A stretch of DNA of 64,000 bases. Source: an uncultured Chloroflexia bacterium. Lineage in GTDB: Bacteria; Chloroflexota; Limnocylindria; Limnocylindrales; CSP1-4. Made by a program: the position numbers and the translations under genes. The stretch lies in contig CAVQJC010000002.1 of NCBI GenBank assembly GCA_963712745.1, forward strand, positions 64,001 through 128,000, written 5' to 3'. This document shows, piece after piece, positions 29,876 to 40,374 of the stretch (positions are counted from its first letter, which is position 1; each line of letters starts with the position of its first letter). The notes under the pieces were generated by a model. That model searched no databases. It worked only from the letters and a program-made list of their open reading frames with translations, and had not been told where the DNA came from.

Positions 29876-31102
29876 CTATGCCTGGTAGCTGAAGTCCTCG
29901 GGGAAGGTGACGGCGCCTTGCCACCAGGCGGCGACATCCTCGGATGAGGCCGTGCCCAGGTCGATCGGATCCCAGATGAAGGCCTGCTCCATCTGGTCGC
30001 CGAGCGCCAGGAGCCGTGCGCCGAGGCGAACCTGCTCATCACTCCAGGCGGCCAGGGCCGCATCAAGGTCGTCAGTGCGCCCGAGCTCGGGCAGCAGCCC
30101 GCTCACGTTCTGGTAGCCCTTGAACACGCCCGACCCAGTGAAGGGCTGCGCGACCACGCCCGAGTCGCCGATGACGCACATGCGACCCCTCGCGTAGGTC
30201 GACAGCTGCGCGGTGTAGATGAGCTGGACGAACGTGTCCCTCGTCTTGCCGATCATGCGGCCGTGCCAGTCGGGCAGGTTCTGCCGCATCAGCGCCTTGA
30301 GGCGGGCCTCCTCGTCGAGCCGCATGGCCCCCGGCGGGATGGAGCCGTGACGCTCGCGACCGTCGCGGTCGACCATGAACGCCGCCACCTCCTCCTCTGC
30401 CAGCGGGATGTAGCAGGCCCAGTTGATGGTGCGGTCCCCGGCACGTGCCGAGCCATCGGAGCCGGGCACGAAGTAGGCGGTGGCGTTGCCGGGCAGGTCG
30501 GCATACGAGAGGCGAGGAACGTCATTGCCCAGCGGAGCATCGGTGACGGCCGATTCGGGCAGCAGACCGCGCCAGAGCATGTAGCCGCGGTACTCCAGCT
30601 CCGTCCCGGGAGAGACCAGCCCCCGGCCGACCGACTGGTAGCCGTCCGCGAAGAGGACCAGGTCGAAGCGGTCGGCGCTGCCGTCCTCGAAGGTCACGTC
30701 GACCGCCTCCGAGCCGACCGCCTCGGCGCCGCTGACGGCGATTCCCTGGTGATAGATGTCGTCGGGGATACGCCGGCGCAGCTGACCCCAGAGCTCGGTC
30801 CACTGGAAAGTGCGCATGTCGAGGGGGATGGCGAACGGCGAGCGGCCGACCGAGGGCTCCTGAGGCGTGCGCACGATGAAGGGCATCTTGCCCGACTTGA
30901 TGTGGGGCATATGGAGGTCGATGATGTCCCGGTCGACCAGCTCCTCGTACATGGGGCCGGTCGTGGCGATGCCGCCACCTCGCCCCACGAGGCCTCCGCG
31001 CGAGCGCTCGAACACGCGTACATCGTGACCGGCACGAGAAAGCAGGATGGCTGCCGAACAGCCCGCGATGGATCCCCCAACGATGCCGATCGAAAGGCGC
31101 AT
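29876..31102 (-). CDS. FAD-dependent monooxygenase (2,6-dihydroxypyridine 3-hydroxylase-like)
   Basis: GGSIAG, FERS, FADG, WRG and IGD motifs. Confidence 0.8.
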   Translation of the reverse strand: MRLSIGIVGGSIAGCSAAILLSRAGHDVRVFERSRGGLVGRGGGIATTGPMYEELVDRDIIDLHMPHIKSGKMPFIVRTPQEPSVGRSPFAIPLDMRTFQWTELWGQLRRRIPDDIYHQGIAVSGAEAVGSEAVDVTFEDGSADRFDLVLFADGYQSVGRGLVSPGTELEYRGYMLWRGLLPESAVTDAPLGNDVPRLSYADLPGNATAYFVPGSDGSARAGDRTINWACYIPLAEEEVAAFMVDRDGRERHGSIPPGAMRLDEEARLKALMRQNLPDWHGRMIGKTRDTFVQLIYTAQLSTYARGRMCVIGDSGVVAQPFTGSGVFKGYQNVSGLLPELGRTDDLDAALAAWSDEQVRLGARLLALGDQMEQAFIWDPIDLGTASSEDVAAWWQGAVTFPEDFSYQA

Positions 31103-31174
31103 GGCCCTCCCCTGTGCGCGTATGTCCGCGACACCTTGCTCGATTCGCAGATGGAACGCAAACTCAGGGGCACC

Positions 31175-31645
31175 ATGACACAACAGCGCACGACACCCGG
31201 TGGCGCCGCATCCGCCGGGCCGATGTCGATGCTCACCTGCAGCCAATGCGGCAAGAAGAACAAGATCCGACCCGCCGAACGCGGCTCACCGCATTGCGGT
31301 GCCTGTGGCCAGCCGTTGCCCTGGCTGGTCAACGCCACCGACGCGACGTTCGCCTACGAAGCGCGCTCGTCGGTGGCCATCCTCGTGGACCTGTGGGCGC
31401 CGTGGTGTGGCCCCTGCCGCGTGGTGGGTCCGATGCTCGAGAACCTGTCGAAGGAGTACGCGGGGCGCATCAAGGTGGTCAAGGTGAACGTGGACGAGAA
31501 CCCGGGCCTGGCCCAGCAGTTCGGGGCCACCTCCATCCCGACCATGGTCGTCATCAAGGGCGAGCGCGTGGTCGACCGGATCGTGGGCGCGCTGCCACCC
31601 AACGACCTCAAGATGCGGCTCTTCCCGTACCTGATGAGGACCTAG
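31175..31645 (+). CDS. trxC: Thioredoxin with N-terminal zinc finger (TrxC type)
   Basis: CSQC...CGAC followed by WAPWCGPC. Confidence 0.85.
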   Translation: MTQQRTTPGGAASAGPMSMLTCSQCGKKNKIRPAERGSPHCGACGQPLPWLVNATDATFAYEARSSVAILVDLWAPWCGPCRVVGPMLENLSKEYAGRIKVVKVNVDENPGLAQQFGATSIPTMVVIKGERVVDRIVGALPPNDLKMRLFPYLMRT

Positions 31646-33024
31646 GCGTCCGGTGCTGCGGTCGGCTCGGCCGTGGCCTCCTCGGTTCCCGGTGACGCTT
31701 CGGCGGCACTGTCTGTCGTCTCGTCGATGGCCGGGCTCTCGGCTGCCTGGGCGCAGCTGAGATCACCGGCCACCAGGCCATCGAGTCCGTCACCGGTCAG
31801 CACCCCGGCTCGGCCGGTGAGTGACGACGCGTCGATGATCGACTCGCCGGCGGGCGTCCTGAGCTCGAGCTCGTCGGCCAGCGCGAACGTCCACTGGCCC
31901 GCGGGAGCTTCGAACGACAGGGAGACGGCATTGCCGGCCGGTGAGACCGAGAGCTCGCCGGTGACGGTCGTCGGCTCGGCATCGCCGGCCACCGGGTCGA
32001 GCACGACCTCCACCGGGCCCATGACCTCGATGGCGGCCTTGAGCGTGCTCGCAGCCGCCGCCGGGTCGGCCGCGGCCTCCACGCCGGCCGTGTAGCGGAT
32101 GAGCGTGGACGCAGGATCGTCGAGCTCCACCACGCCCGAGGCTCCGCTGAAGGTCTCCAGCGAACGGCAGGTCAGCAGCAGGCGCTGGCCCTTGGGCGTG
32201 AAGCCGCCGGTGGGGTCGCGCAGATCCACGAAGTGGCCGCCACCGGGCAGCTGCAGGCGGTCGATGACCTGCCCGGACCCGGTGCTGCTGCGAACGCTGA
32301 CGGTGACCGAGCGGGCATCCTTGGGCCGGGGCATGATCACGTACCAGGTGGCCTTCTTGGGGTCGTAGTAGCCGAACACGCCCGAGGCCACGTTGTAGTA
32401 GTCGATCTCGTCACCGGGTGCACGGCCACTGACATCGGTCGTGCCGGTGGCCCAGGTGCCATCGCGGAAGAGACCGCTCAGCGAGAACCGCTCGACGCCG
32501 GCGAGGGTGTCGTGCTGGGTCCCGACCTGGACGGGCGTGGCCGCATCGCCGTCGATGCCGATCTCTACCTGCTGCCCGCGGATGCCATCGGGCATCCGCT
32601 TGGCCATCTCAACGGCCACGAAGACGATGGGATGCTTGCTCCGGAACTCGGCGGCCTTGCCGTAGAACGAGCGCGCCACACCGGGCGGATAGTCGTCGGC
32701 CAGCTTGCCCACCAGCTTGGCGGTGGCCTTCGTGTTGGCCACGTAGACGGCCGAGATGTCCGACCACTCGGGCGCGTCTGGGGCGGGAGTCCCGTCGCGG
32801 GTCACCTGGTCCGAGGCCCCGTCCGCGATGCGCGTGATCTGCGGGGCCATCCGCGTGCGGGCCATGCGGAAGGCCTTGCCCTTGATCGATTCGATCGGAG
32901 CCGGGGGAGCCTGCTCCTTCGCCTTTTCCTTCTTGGCGGCGCCGACCGGGCCGGTCGCGGCGGTCGCGATCAGCGCAGTCGCCAGCATCGCTCCGGCTGC
33001 GGCTCCCAGGGCTCGACGGATCAT
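31642..33024 (-). CDS. Hypothetical secreted protein
   Basis: MIRRALGAAAGAML signal peptide; long ORF with high-GC coding bias; GGAG RBS. Confidence 0.7.
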   Translation of the reverse strand: MIRRALGAAAGAMLATALIATAATGPVGAAKKEKAKEQAPPAPIESIKGKAFRMARTRMAPQITRIADGASDQVTRDGTPAPDAPEWSDISAVYVANTKATAKLVGKLADDYPPGVARSFYGKAAEFRSKHPIVFVAVEMAKRMPDGIRGQQVEIGIDGDAATPVQVGTQHDTLAGVERFSLSGLFRDGTWATGTTDVSGRAPGDEIDYYNVASGVFGYYDPKKATWYVIMPRPKDARSVTVSVRSSTGSGQVIDRLQLPGGGHFVDLRDPTGGFTPKGQRLLLTCRSLETFSGASGVVELDDPASTLIRYTAGVEAAADPAAAASTLKAAIEVMGPVEVVLDPVAGDAEPTTVTGELSVSPAGNAVSLSFEAPAGQWTFALADELELRTPAGESIIDASSLTGRAGVLTGDGLDGLVAGDLSCAQAAESPAIDETTDSAAEASPGTEEATAEPTAAPDA

Positions 33025-33098
33025 GGGCACTCCCCTTGCTGCAGTCCTTGTCGGTCCTGATTATCAGGGCCCCGCCGGCTTCTCGCCGAGAGGTGTGT

Positions 33099-33215
33099 TC
33101 AGCCGATGACCAGGAGCAGCAGTGCGAGCAGGGCGATCCCGACCGCCGACAGGGCCACGGCGCAGCTGCCCAATCCACCGATGTCCTTGCCCAGCCCCTT
33201 GCCCAGATCGTCCAC
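33099..33215 (-). CDS. Small 38-aa membrane peptide (not in ORF track)
   Basis: AGGAGAGGAG RBS, then GTG: MDDLGKGLGKDIGGLGSCAVALSAVGIALLALLLLVIG*. Confidence 0.6.
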   Translation of the reverse strand: MDDLGKGLGKDIGGLGSCAVALSAVGIALLALLLLVIG

Positions 33216-33588
33216 CCTGGCTCCTCTCCTAGTGCCGGCGGGGACTGCCGTCCGAGGGCCAGCGGCCATCGTCCATCAGCTCCAGCCCGCGCACGGCCTC
33301 GGGCACCCCTCGCGCGGCCTGCTCCTCGTAGGTAGCCCGAAGCTCATCCCACGAACAGGCTCCTGCTCCTTCACCGGCCGCCCATCGAGGCCGTTGGCGG
33401 TCACGTCTTCGGGGGCGGCGAGAGGAGCGAAGGCGAGCGATGACCCGGTGCATCGCCAGATGGTATCGGGCCTGGCCAGCCCGAGTCGATGGGGCCGGTC
33501 ACTCCTGCCGCATCCCGGCAACGCCAGTGCATCTGCTGGCCTAGGATGGACGTGTCGTTGCATCGTCAGCGCAATGCAGGAGGATCGG

Positions 33589-34823
33589 ATGGCCGGCAGG
33601 CGGAAGCTCTCGGTGGACCAGTCGCGGACGGACCTGTTCGAGCGATTGGTGGCGGCCAAGGACTCGATCGTACGCACGACAGCGAAAGACACTGACATCG
33701 AAGTCGTGCACATCGAACCGGCCTTCGACCGTGTCCTCGACCTCGTGGCCGAGCCGGTCCCGACGCCCGAGCAGATCGCCGCATGGCGCGAGGAAGGAGT
33801 CCGCCTCGCCCGGGACGGCGCCGCCGCGGAGCGAGTGCTCGATGGCTATCTCTCGCTCAACTGGGCCATCTGGGAAGCCGCCATGCGGGAGGAGGACATC
33901 GCCCGCGAGGTCATCCTCGACTTCGCGGACCGGCTGTTGCGCGGCCTCGACGACGCCCTCGCCGCCATCTCGGAGGGCTATATCCGCGTGGAGGTCGAGC
34001 TGGCCGCGGCCCACTCGGACGAGCGACGCGCAGTGCTCGAGGAGCTGTTGACAGCGCCGCGCGCGACGCCGGAGGACCGCGCGCGGATCCGCCGCCGCAG
34101 CGAACGCCACGGGCTCTCTCCCCAGGGCTCGTACCGGCTCATCCTGGTCTACGTGCCGGGCATGAGTGACGCCGGGATCGAGAACGCCATCGATGACCTG
34201 GAGAAGCGCATCCGTGTCCCCGGCGCGAACCATCGCGACAAGCCCGGCATCCGTCTCCCGGTCGTGCTCGACTGGCGCGGGCACGTGCTCGTCTTCGCCA
34301 AGGGCGAGTGGGCCGGCGAGCGAAGGCTGCGTGAAGCCCTGCCATACGTCGTGGGGGAGGACGTCGTGGTCATCGACACCGGCCCGGTCGAGGGTTGCGA
34401 GGCGCTCGCCGACGCCCTGGCCCAAGCCGACTACAGCGCCACCGTGGCCACCAACCTCGGCCGACGCGGCTGGATCGGGATCCCGGCGAGCTGGCGCTCG
34501 AGTCGACCTTCCTGCTCGACGATGCCCTCGTCCGAGCCGCCGTGCAGCAGGAGCTGGGGCCGCTGCTGGCCGACCAGCGCATGGGAGACGAGCTGCTCGA
34601 GACCCTGGAGGTTTACCTCGGCGCGCGCCAGAACACGCGCGAGACCGCGCGCCGCCTGCACCTTGCCCCGCGCACGGTGGCCTACCGCCTGGAGCGCATC
34701 GAGACGCTGCTGGGCCGTGAGCTCGACGGCGACGCGGCCGTTCGGCTGAGCGCGGCGCTGCTGGCCCTGCGTGTGAGCCGCCAGGCCGGGACCGCCGCGG
34801 CCGCCGCTCAACCCGCACAGTAG
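33589..34823 (+). pseudogene. PucR/CdaR family regulator, frameshifted near 34478 (or sequencing error)
   Basis: N-terminal frame ends ...LGRRGWIG. The C-terminal HTH (LLETLEVYL...ETARRLHLAPRTVAYRLERIETLLG) is in another frame; one extra G in GGG restores it. Confidence 0.85.
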
Positions 34824-34918
34824 CCTCGCGTCGGGCGTCGGGCGTCGGGCGTCGGGCCCGCGGACGGGTCCCTCAGCTGAAGACCGAGAGACCCGTCGAA
34901 GGCTACGGCATCGAGGAC

Positions 34919-35232
34919 CTACTGCTGGGGGAAGTTCTCGGGTGCCGAAGGTGGACCCTCCGGGGTGATGTGGCCGCTCAACTTGCAGCAGGGGCTGCTG
35001 TAGTCGATGACGACGTAGGCCATCAAGCCCTCGTAGGCATCCTCACCGACGAGCCAGCCAGAGCCCGGTCGGTCCCGACCTCGTCGATCGTGATGAACTC
35101 CAAGGTACCTTCCCACGCACCGTCGTTGTTGACGACACGAACGAGGGAGGAACCGACGGCGCCGGTCAGACCGGTGGACGAGTCCGCGACCCGCGGCGCG
35201 ACCAGGGCACAGAGGACCGCGATCGCGAACAT
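34919..35232 (-). pseudogene. Degenerate member of a secreted GEDAYEGL-motif protein family
   Basis: VNNDGAWEG...WLVGEDAYEGLMAY...GHITPEGPPSAP split over two frames near 35070. Confidence 0.6.
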
Positions 35233-35275
35233 GGGGCCCGCCGGGACAGCAGGCATCCAGGTCGTCCCTACCGGT

Positions 35276-36451
35276 CTAGCCGAGCCGTACGGTCTCCGCC
35301 TCCAGTCCGCCACCCTCAGGCAGCTTGCTCCAGCTCCTGCGCTGCCACTCTTCCTTGAGCACCTCCATCGCGGCCTGTTCCAGGAACTCCGGCGCGCTCC
35401 ATTCATCGACATCGAAGTCGTTCTGGATGTAGCCGTGGCTGAACATGAAATCCTTGCCGATATTGATGGTCTGCATGTTCATCGCGCTCAGGCTGGGCAC
35501 CATGTCCACGTCCTTGATGCCCTGGTAGGTGTCCTCGGCATCGAGGTAGAAGGTCTGGCGGTTGAGGATCGCACCGGCCGCCCGCTTGTGTTCATTGGCC
35601 CAGCGGCCGACCTTGATCATGGCCTTCATGTAGGCGATGACGAGCTCGGGGTGCTCCTCGGCCATGACGTCCGTACAGGTAATGACCGCCGGGGTATTGG
35701 CCACCTGGATGGTCCAGTCGGGGTACTTCGAGAGGTCCTCGATCATCTTGATTCGGCCGGTGGCCTCCTGCAGGTGCTGGAAGACCTTGCTTTGCGTGTA
35801 GATGGCGTCGACCTTGCCCTCCAACAGCGCGTTCTCCAGCGGACGAAAGGCGAGGTCGTGCTTGTGGTCACGCTTGAGCCACGTCTCGGACGGATTGTTG
35901 ATGGGCGCCAGCATCTTGGGATCGTCGTACCAGTCATCGGGGTAGGGGAACTCGACGAGCTCGATGTCATCCATGGTCATGTCGTTGAGCCTGAGCATGG
36001 ACTCGATGCCCATGTGCTCCTGGATGCGCCACCAGTCGTTCTTGATGGTGTTGAGGCTCTTGGTGAGACCGACCTTCTTGCCCCGGAGGTCCTCCATCCG
36101 AAAGATCGGGTCGCGGGCGCGCACGGCCATGCAGCCGCCCTCGTAGACCCAGGTCGCGCCCAGCAGCCTGGTGCGGCGGATGTCGGCGTTGACCGCGATC
36201 GGCGGGTACAGGCCACCGAAGCGGATGAGGTTGTCGAGGTTGTGGATGTAGTGCGGGTACCAGTTGTTCTCGGGCGAGTGGCGGAAGTAGTCGTACTCCA
36301 CGCCGATCTTCTTGAACTCCTCGCGGCACCAACCCAGTTCCTGGTCCACGTTGTTGGCCGAGACCATGGGGCAGTTCGTGTACCAGACCTCGTTCCAGTC
36401 GAGGGGCACGGTGCTGGAGACCCGCTTGGGGTCTTCGTTCTTGGTCGTCAT
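35276..36451 (-). CDS. DszB-like (aryl-sulfinate desulfinase fold, SsuA/NitT superfamily) cytoplasmic protein
   Basis: YTNCP, PHYIH, IRFGG and RTRLLG match DszB YSNCP/H/RFGG/RTRLLG as I recall them. No signal peptide; AAGGAG RBS. Confidence 0.75.
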   Translation of the reverse strand: MTTKNEDPKRVSSTVPLDWNEVWYTNCPMVSANNVDQELGWCREEFKKIGVEYDYFRHSPENNWYPHYIHNLDNLIRFGGLYPPIAVNADIRRTRLLGATWVYEGGCMAVRARDPIFRMEDLRGKKVGLTKSLNTIKNDWWRIQEHMGIESMLRLNDMTMDDIELVEFPYPDDWYDDPKMLAPINNPSETWLKRDHKHDLAFRPLENALLEGKVDAIYTQSKVFQHLQEATGRIKMIEDLSKYPDWTIQVANTPAVITCTDVMAEEHPELVIAYMKAMIKVGRWANEHKRAAGAILNRQTFYLDAEDTYQGIKDVDMVPSLSAMNMQTINIGKDFMFSHGYIQNDFDVDEWSAPEFLEQAAMEVLKEEWQRRSWSKLPEGGGLEAETVRLG

Positions 36452-36583
36452 GATCGGTCTCCTTGGTGGCGTTGAGGACTCGCTTCGCATAGATGGACTG
36501 CAGGAAGGCACCAGCTGGCGCGTTCCGCCTGGGCCCCGCCGGACCAGCCCGGGCCGGCGGCTGGGTCGCTCACGCCTTCGCTG

Positions 36584-36943
36584 TCATGCTCGGTATCCGT
36601 CGAAATGTTCGAGCGCCACAGCCACGTCGTAGCCGAGTGCATCGGCGATGCGAGGAGCGACGCCGATCAAGCGAGCCAAGCCGATCGATGGACCGACCGT
36701 CAGTAGAACGCCCACCACTTCCTCGCGAGAGGCTCCGGCGGCGAGGGCGGCGTCGACCTCGGCGCCGAGCGCCGAGCTGGCGGCGTCGATGGCGATCAGG
36801 GCCCCCAGCCGGACGAGGCTGTCGGTCTTGGGCTCGAGCGGTCCCTCACGATCGGGCTGTGGGCTTCCAGCAAGCACGCCACGCACAAACCGCTCATCGT
36901 TGAGCGTCAAGCGGCGAAGTGTGTCCTCGTAGTCGGGCGGCAT
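36584..36943 (-). CDS. Carboxymuconolactone decarboxylase family protein
   Basis: LEPKTDSLVRLGALIA...ALAAGASREEVVGVL. Confidence 0.75.
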   Translation of the reverse strand: MPPDYEDTLRRLTLNDERFVRGVLAGSPQPDREGPLEPKTDSLVRLGALIAIDAASSALGAEVDAALAAGASREEVVGVLLTVGPSIGLARLIGVAPRIADALGYDVAVALEHFDGYRA

Positions 36944-37057
36944 GCGGCCCATGTCTCCATCGGTGGTGTCCCGTGAACGTTCAGCCGGGCCTTGCGATTG
37001 AAGCACGCTCGGGAGCGTTCGATGCCACCCGAACCAGGTGAGACTGGCCTCGCTTCT

Positions 37058-39298
37058 TCAGGTGTCGCGAGCACCCAGGACGACAGCTGTCATGGCGGCC
37101 GGGTCGATGAGCCCGGCCCGTACCGCATGCTCCACAGCTTCAGCGCGCGTGGTCGCATCGAGCTTCCGATAGAGAGACATCACGTGGGTCTTGACGGTGT
37201 TCTCGGAGATGTGCAGGCGGTCGCCGATCTCACTGAACTTGAGATGCGTGGCCAGCATGGGGACGATGCGCAGCTCCGCCCCGGTCAGCGTCGACGCTCC
37301 CACCGAACCGCTGCGCAACTCGACCAGCTGGGCGCGGATCTCCTCGACCTCACCGTTGAGCATGCCCACATCGGGACGACGATGGAGGATGTCCCCGATC
37401 TCGAGGGCCAACGTCCTGGCGCCGGGCACGTCAGCCAGCGAGAGACGTGCACGAGCCAATTCGAGGCGGGTGATGAGCGCCAGCCCCGGCAAGGCCCACG
37501 TGAGCTGGGGCCGCAGGTTTTGCGCGTGGGCCAATCGGCGTCTGGCCTCGTCGGGTGCATCCATCGCGATGGCGACCCTGGCTGACAGTGCATCCTGGAA
37601 CGCCTGCGGGCCCTGCTCACCGAGCGCACCGATACGCCGGATCTCGTCCGCCGCATCCAGGAGATCACGAGCAGCGGAGATGTCCGAGCGGGCGAGCGCC
37701 AGCCGGGCCCGCAGTCCAAGGGCTATCGCTCGGGCATTGGGGGCGGCGCCCACGATGGCCCGCTCCCCACCGATGCTCGAAAGCACCGCCTCAGCCTGGT
37801 CGTCCTCGCCCTCGAGGAGCAAGGCGAAGCCGAGGGCAAGCCGTGTGGGACGCCACCAGGGGTGGGCGGGCGGGATGAGCTCACAGGCCAGTGCACCATC
37901 GACAAGCGACTGCGCCGCACCCCGCTCGCAGAACAGACTACGTACGAGCGCCTGCCAGCCATCGACTCCCGGGTCACCATCAGTGGTCCGGCCCCGCGGT
38001 TCCATCGCGTACAGGGCGCTGGCGAAGCGCTCCGCACGCTCGGCCTCTCCGCTCATGGCCAGAGCGATGGCTCCCGACATCGCCAACTCCGGCTCCACTC
38101 CCAGCAGGTCGCCTGCTTCGGCCCAGGCCCACCAGGCGTTGAGCGTCCCGGTCCTTCCCTGGCCGTACAGTTGCTGCGTATAGGCGGCCATCATCCGTAC
38201 CGTGGCGGCGTCATCTCCGGCGTGCTGTCGGTAGTGGACCGCTTCCACCGGCATCAGGTTCGCCGCATGCCATTCCGCTGCGCGCGTGCGCAGGAGCGCT
38301 GGCGACGCTGGATCCTCGCGCTCCAAGTTCGCCAACAGCGCCTCACGGATCAAGTCATGGCAGCGATGCCAGCGTTCATCGCCACCGAGAGCCATGACGA
38401 ATGCGTTGGAACGCTCAAGGTCCTGCAGGATCGCTCCTGATCCAGACTGCTGCAACACGAAGTCACACAAGGCCGGCGACATTCGGAGCAGGACCGAAGT
38501 CTGCAGCATGAAGCGCGACTCCTCAGGCGAGAGGTACGCGAGCAGCTCGGTACGCACGTACTCGGTGAACACGCGATCGCGTCCAGCCGGCTGCCAGCTC
38601 GCAACGAGTGACCCCGAGCCCAAGCCCGAGAGCGCAGCCAGACGTAGGCCCGCAGGCCAGCCCTCGCAGCGCTCATTCAGCCGCTCGGCATCCTCCTTCG
38701 TCGCCTCGACGCCGGTCGAGGACAGGAGCTCGAGCGCTTCCGTGTTCGAGAATCGCAGCTCCGCGGCGCCTATCTCCAGCAGGCGACGAGCCAGCCGGAT
38801 CCGGGCCAGGGGGAGCCCGTTCCCAGGCCGCCCGACCAGCATGATCTGCGAGTGCGTCGGCAGACTGAGCGCCAGTGCAGCGAGCACATCCAGCGCCTCC
38901 TGCGAGCTCAGCTCGTGGATGTCGTCGAACACGATGAGGATCGGAGCGATGGTGGACAGCGCAGCCAGCAGACGAGGCATGACGATCGCCCAGATCGACG
39001 CACCAGGCGCCGCCAGCCCGAGCCTCACGGAGGCGTCGATCTCCGACACTCGCTCGATGGCATCCACGAGTTTGGAGACCAGCACGACCGCGTCATCATC
39101 GTGCTGGTCGAGCGTCACCCACACGCTTGGGCGCTCCTGTCGCAGTGCGTGCTGGACCACGAACGTGGTCTTGCCGTAGCCAAGGGGCGCGAGGACAGCG
39201 ACGACCTCGGCAGGACGCAGCGCCGCGAGCAAACTGTGGCGCTCGACGGAACCGGCACGTAGCGGTGGCAGGAACGCGGTGCCAGCCCTGCGTTTCAT
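37058..39298 (-). CDS. MalT-like ATP-dependent LuxR regulator
   Basis: APLGYGKTT, FDDIH, EGWPAGL and C-terminal LuxR HTH (ISENTVKTH). Start position uncertain. Confidence 0.9.
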   Translation of the reverse strand: MKRRAGTAFLPPLRAGSVERHSLLAALRPAEVVAVLAPLGYGKTTFVVQHALRQERPSVWVTLDQHDDDAVVLVSKLVDAIERVSEIDASVRLGLAAPGASIWAIVMPRLLAALSTIAPILIVFDDIHELSSQEALDVLAALALSLPTHSQIMLVGRPGNGLPLARIRLARRLLEIGAAELRFSNTEALELLSSTGVEATKEDAERLNERCEGWPAGLRLAALSGLGSGSLVASWQPAGRDRVFTEYVRTELLAYLSPEESRFMLQTSVLLRMSPALCDFVLQQSGSGAILQDLERSNAFVMALGGDERWHRCHDLIREALLANLEREDPASPALLRTRAAEWHAANLMPVEAVHYRQHAGDDAATVRMMAAYTQQLYGQGRTGTLNAWWAWAEAGDLLGVEPELAMSGAIALAMSGEAERAERFASALYAMEPRGRTTDGDPGVDGWQALVRSLFCERGAAQSLVDGALACELIPPAHPWWRPTRLALGFALLLEGEDDQAEAVLSSIGGERAIVGAAPNARAIALGLRARLALARSDISAARDLLDAADEIRRIGALGEQGPQAFQDALSARVAIAMDAPDEARRRLAHAQNLRPQLTWALPGLALITRLELARARLSLADVPGARTLALEIGDILHRRPDVGMLNGEVEEIRAQLVELRSGSVGASTLTGAELRIVPMLATHLKFSEIGDRLHISENTVKTHVMSLYRKLDATTRAEAVEHAVRAGLIDPAAMTAVVLGARDT

Positions 39299-39378
39299 TC
39301 GGGAATAGTGCCCCATCGACCCGCCCGCCGTCCGGTGCCACAGGGCGGCGCTGACGCTCGCGCCCGGGTTCGTCCGGT

Positions 39379-39660
39379 CTAGTGCCACAGGCTACAGATC
39401 ACTGCGTACATGAACGCGTTCAGCCCTTCGTACGCATCCTCGCCGACGAGCCACGCGCCGAAGCGGCTTGCGCCAGGCATGCCAGCCACGTCGCCACCAA
39501 GGCCCAGTGCATCGCTCCACGTGCCTTGCTCTTCCTGGATGCGGACCGCTCCGGACGCATCTCTCGTATGGACAGCCACGTGTCCGTCGAGCCGGGGGTC
39601 GCTCGCATCCATGCTGCCCCTGAAGACGCGCTCAGCCACGCTCGAGGCCCCGTGGAGCCA
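39379..39660 (-). pseudogene. Second degenerate GEDAYEGL-family member
   Basis: ASDPRLDG...GTW...WLVGEDAYEGLNAF. Lacks a signal peptide and the proline-rich C-terminus. Confidence 0.55.
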
Positions 39661-39846
39661 TGGGTCACGTCTGGACTCCCATAGCCTTAACCGATAGCCG
39701 AAGTAGCGGACCCGCTGGTGGACATGTCCACTTGACATGTCCACCTTGTCCACCAGAGCGGAGGGCATGGCCTTCGACGGCAGCCGCGACCTACTCCTCG
39801 GCGGGCAGGAGCTCGAAGGTCTCGGTGGGCAAGCCGCGCTCCAGCG

Positions 39847-40269
39847 TCAGGGACCAGACGGCTTGGCAGGAGGTGGTACGCGGCGAGCCACGAGCCGGAG
39901 GAGCGCGCCGACCGCGAGCGCCAGGCCAGCGGCGGCCATGGCGAGGAACAACGCCAGATCGTAGTCAGTGCCCCCGGAGGCGCCGCCGGTGATGACCAAG
40001 CCGAACCCGGCCAGCGCCAGCAGCAGTCCGAAAAGGCCGCCGCAGCCGAGCGCAGCGGTGACATTCCTGAGCATCTGCACGAGCAGGAGCACGTAGCCGA
40101 AGAGGATGGCTAGCAGAGGCACCTGAACAGGAGGTCCTTCAACACCCATCGACATGAAACCGACCTCGGCGTGGAAGACCACGGCTGTCACCAACAAGAA
40201 CACGCCGAGCGACCCGGCGATAGCGACTCCCAAAGCGACCAGGCCGCGCCCCACGCGGTCGTACCACAT
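39847..40269 (-). CDS. Hypothetical 4-TM membrane protein
   Basis: Four hydrophobic segments; GGGGAG RBS. Confidence 0.65.
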   Translation of the reverse strand: MWYDRVGRGLVALGVAIAGSLGVFLLVTAVVFHAEVGFMSMGVEGPPVQVPLLAILFGYVLLLVQMLRNVTAALGCGGLFGLLLALAGFGLVITGGASGGTDYDLALFLAMAAAGLALAVGALLRLVARRVPPPAKPSGP

Positions 40270-40374
40270 CCTGGTCTCCCCTTGCGGATGGCCCCATCCT
40301 CCGCGCCCCGGTCAGCGGGTCAAGGGCCGGACGGCCCGCCGCCATGGCGCAGGCAGCCGAGGCGGCCGGTGGGC

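Noticed and set aside
33229-33453. 74-aa ORF upstream of the small peptide
   Set aside because: The C-terminal half looks protein-like, but the N-terminus is Arg-rich with no convincing start or RBS, so it cannot be supported.
34829-34856. (CGTCGGG)x4 microsatellite, and the 20-bp duplication at 16761-16800
   Set aside because: Short intergenic slippage repeats between convergent genes with no evident function.
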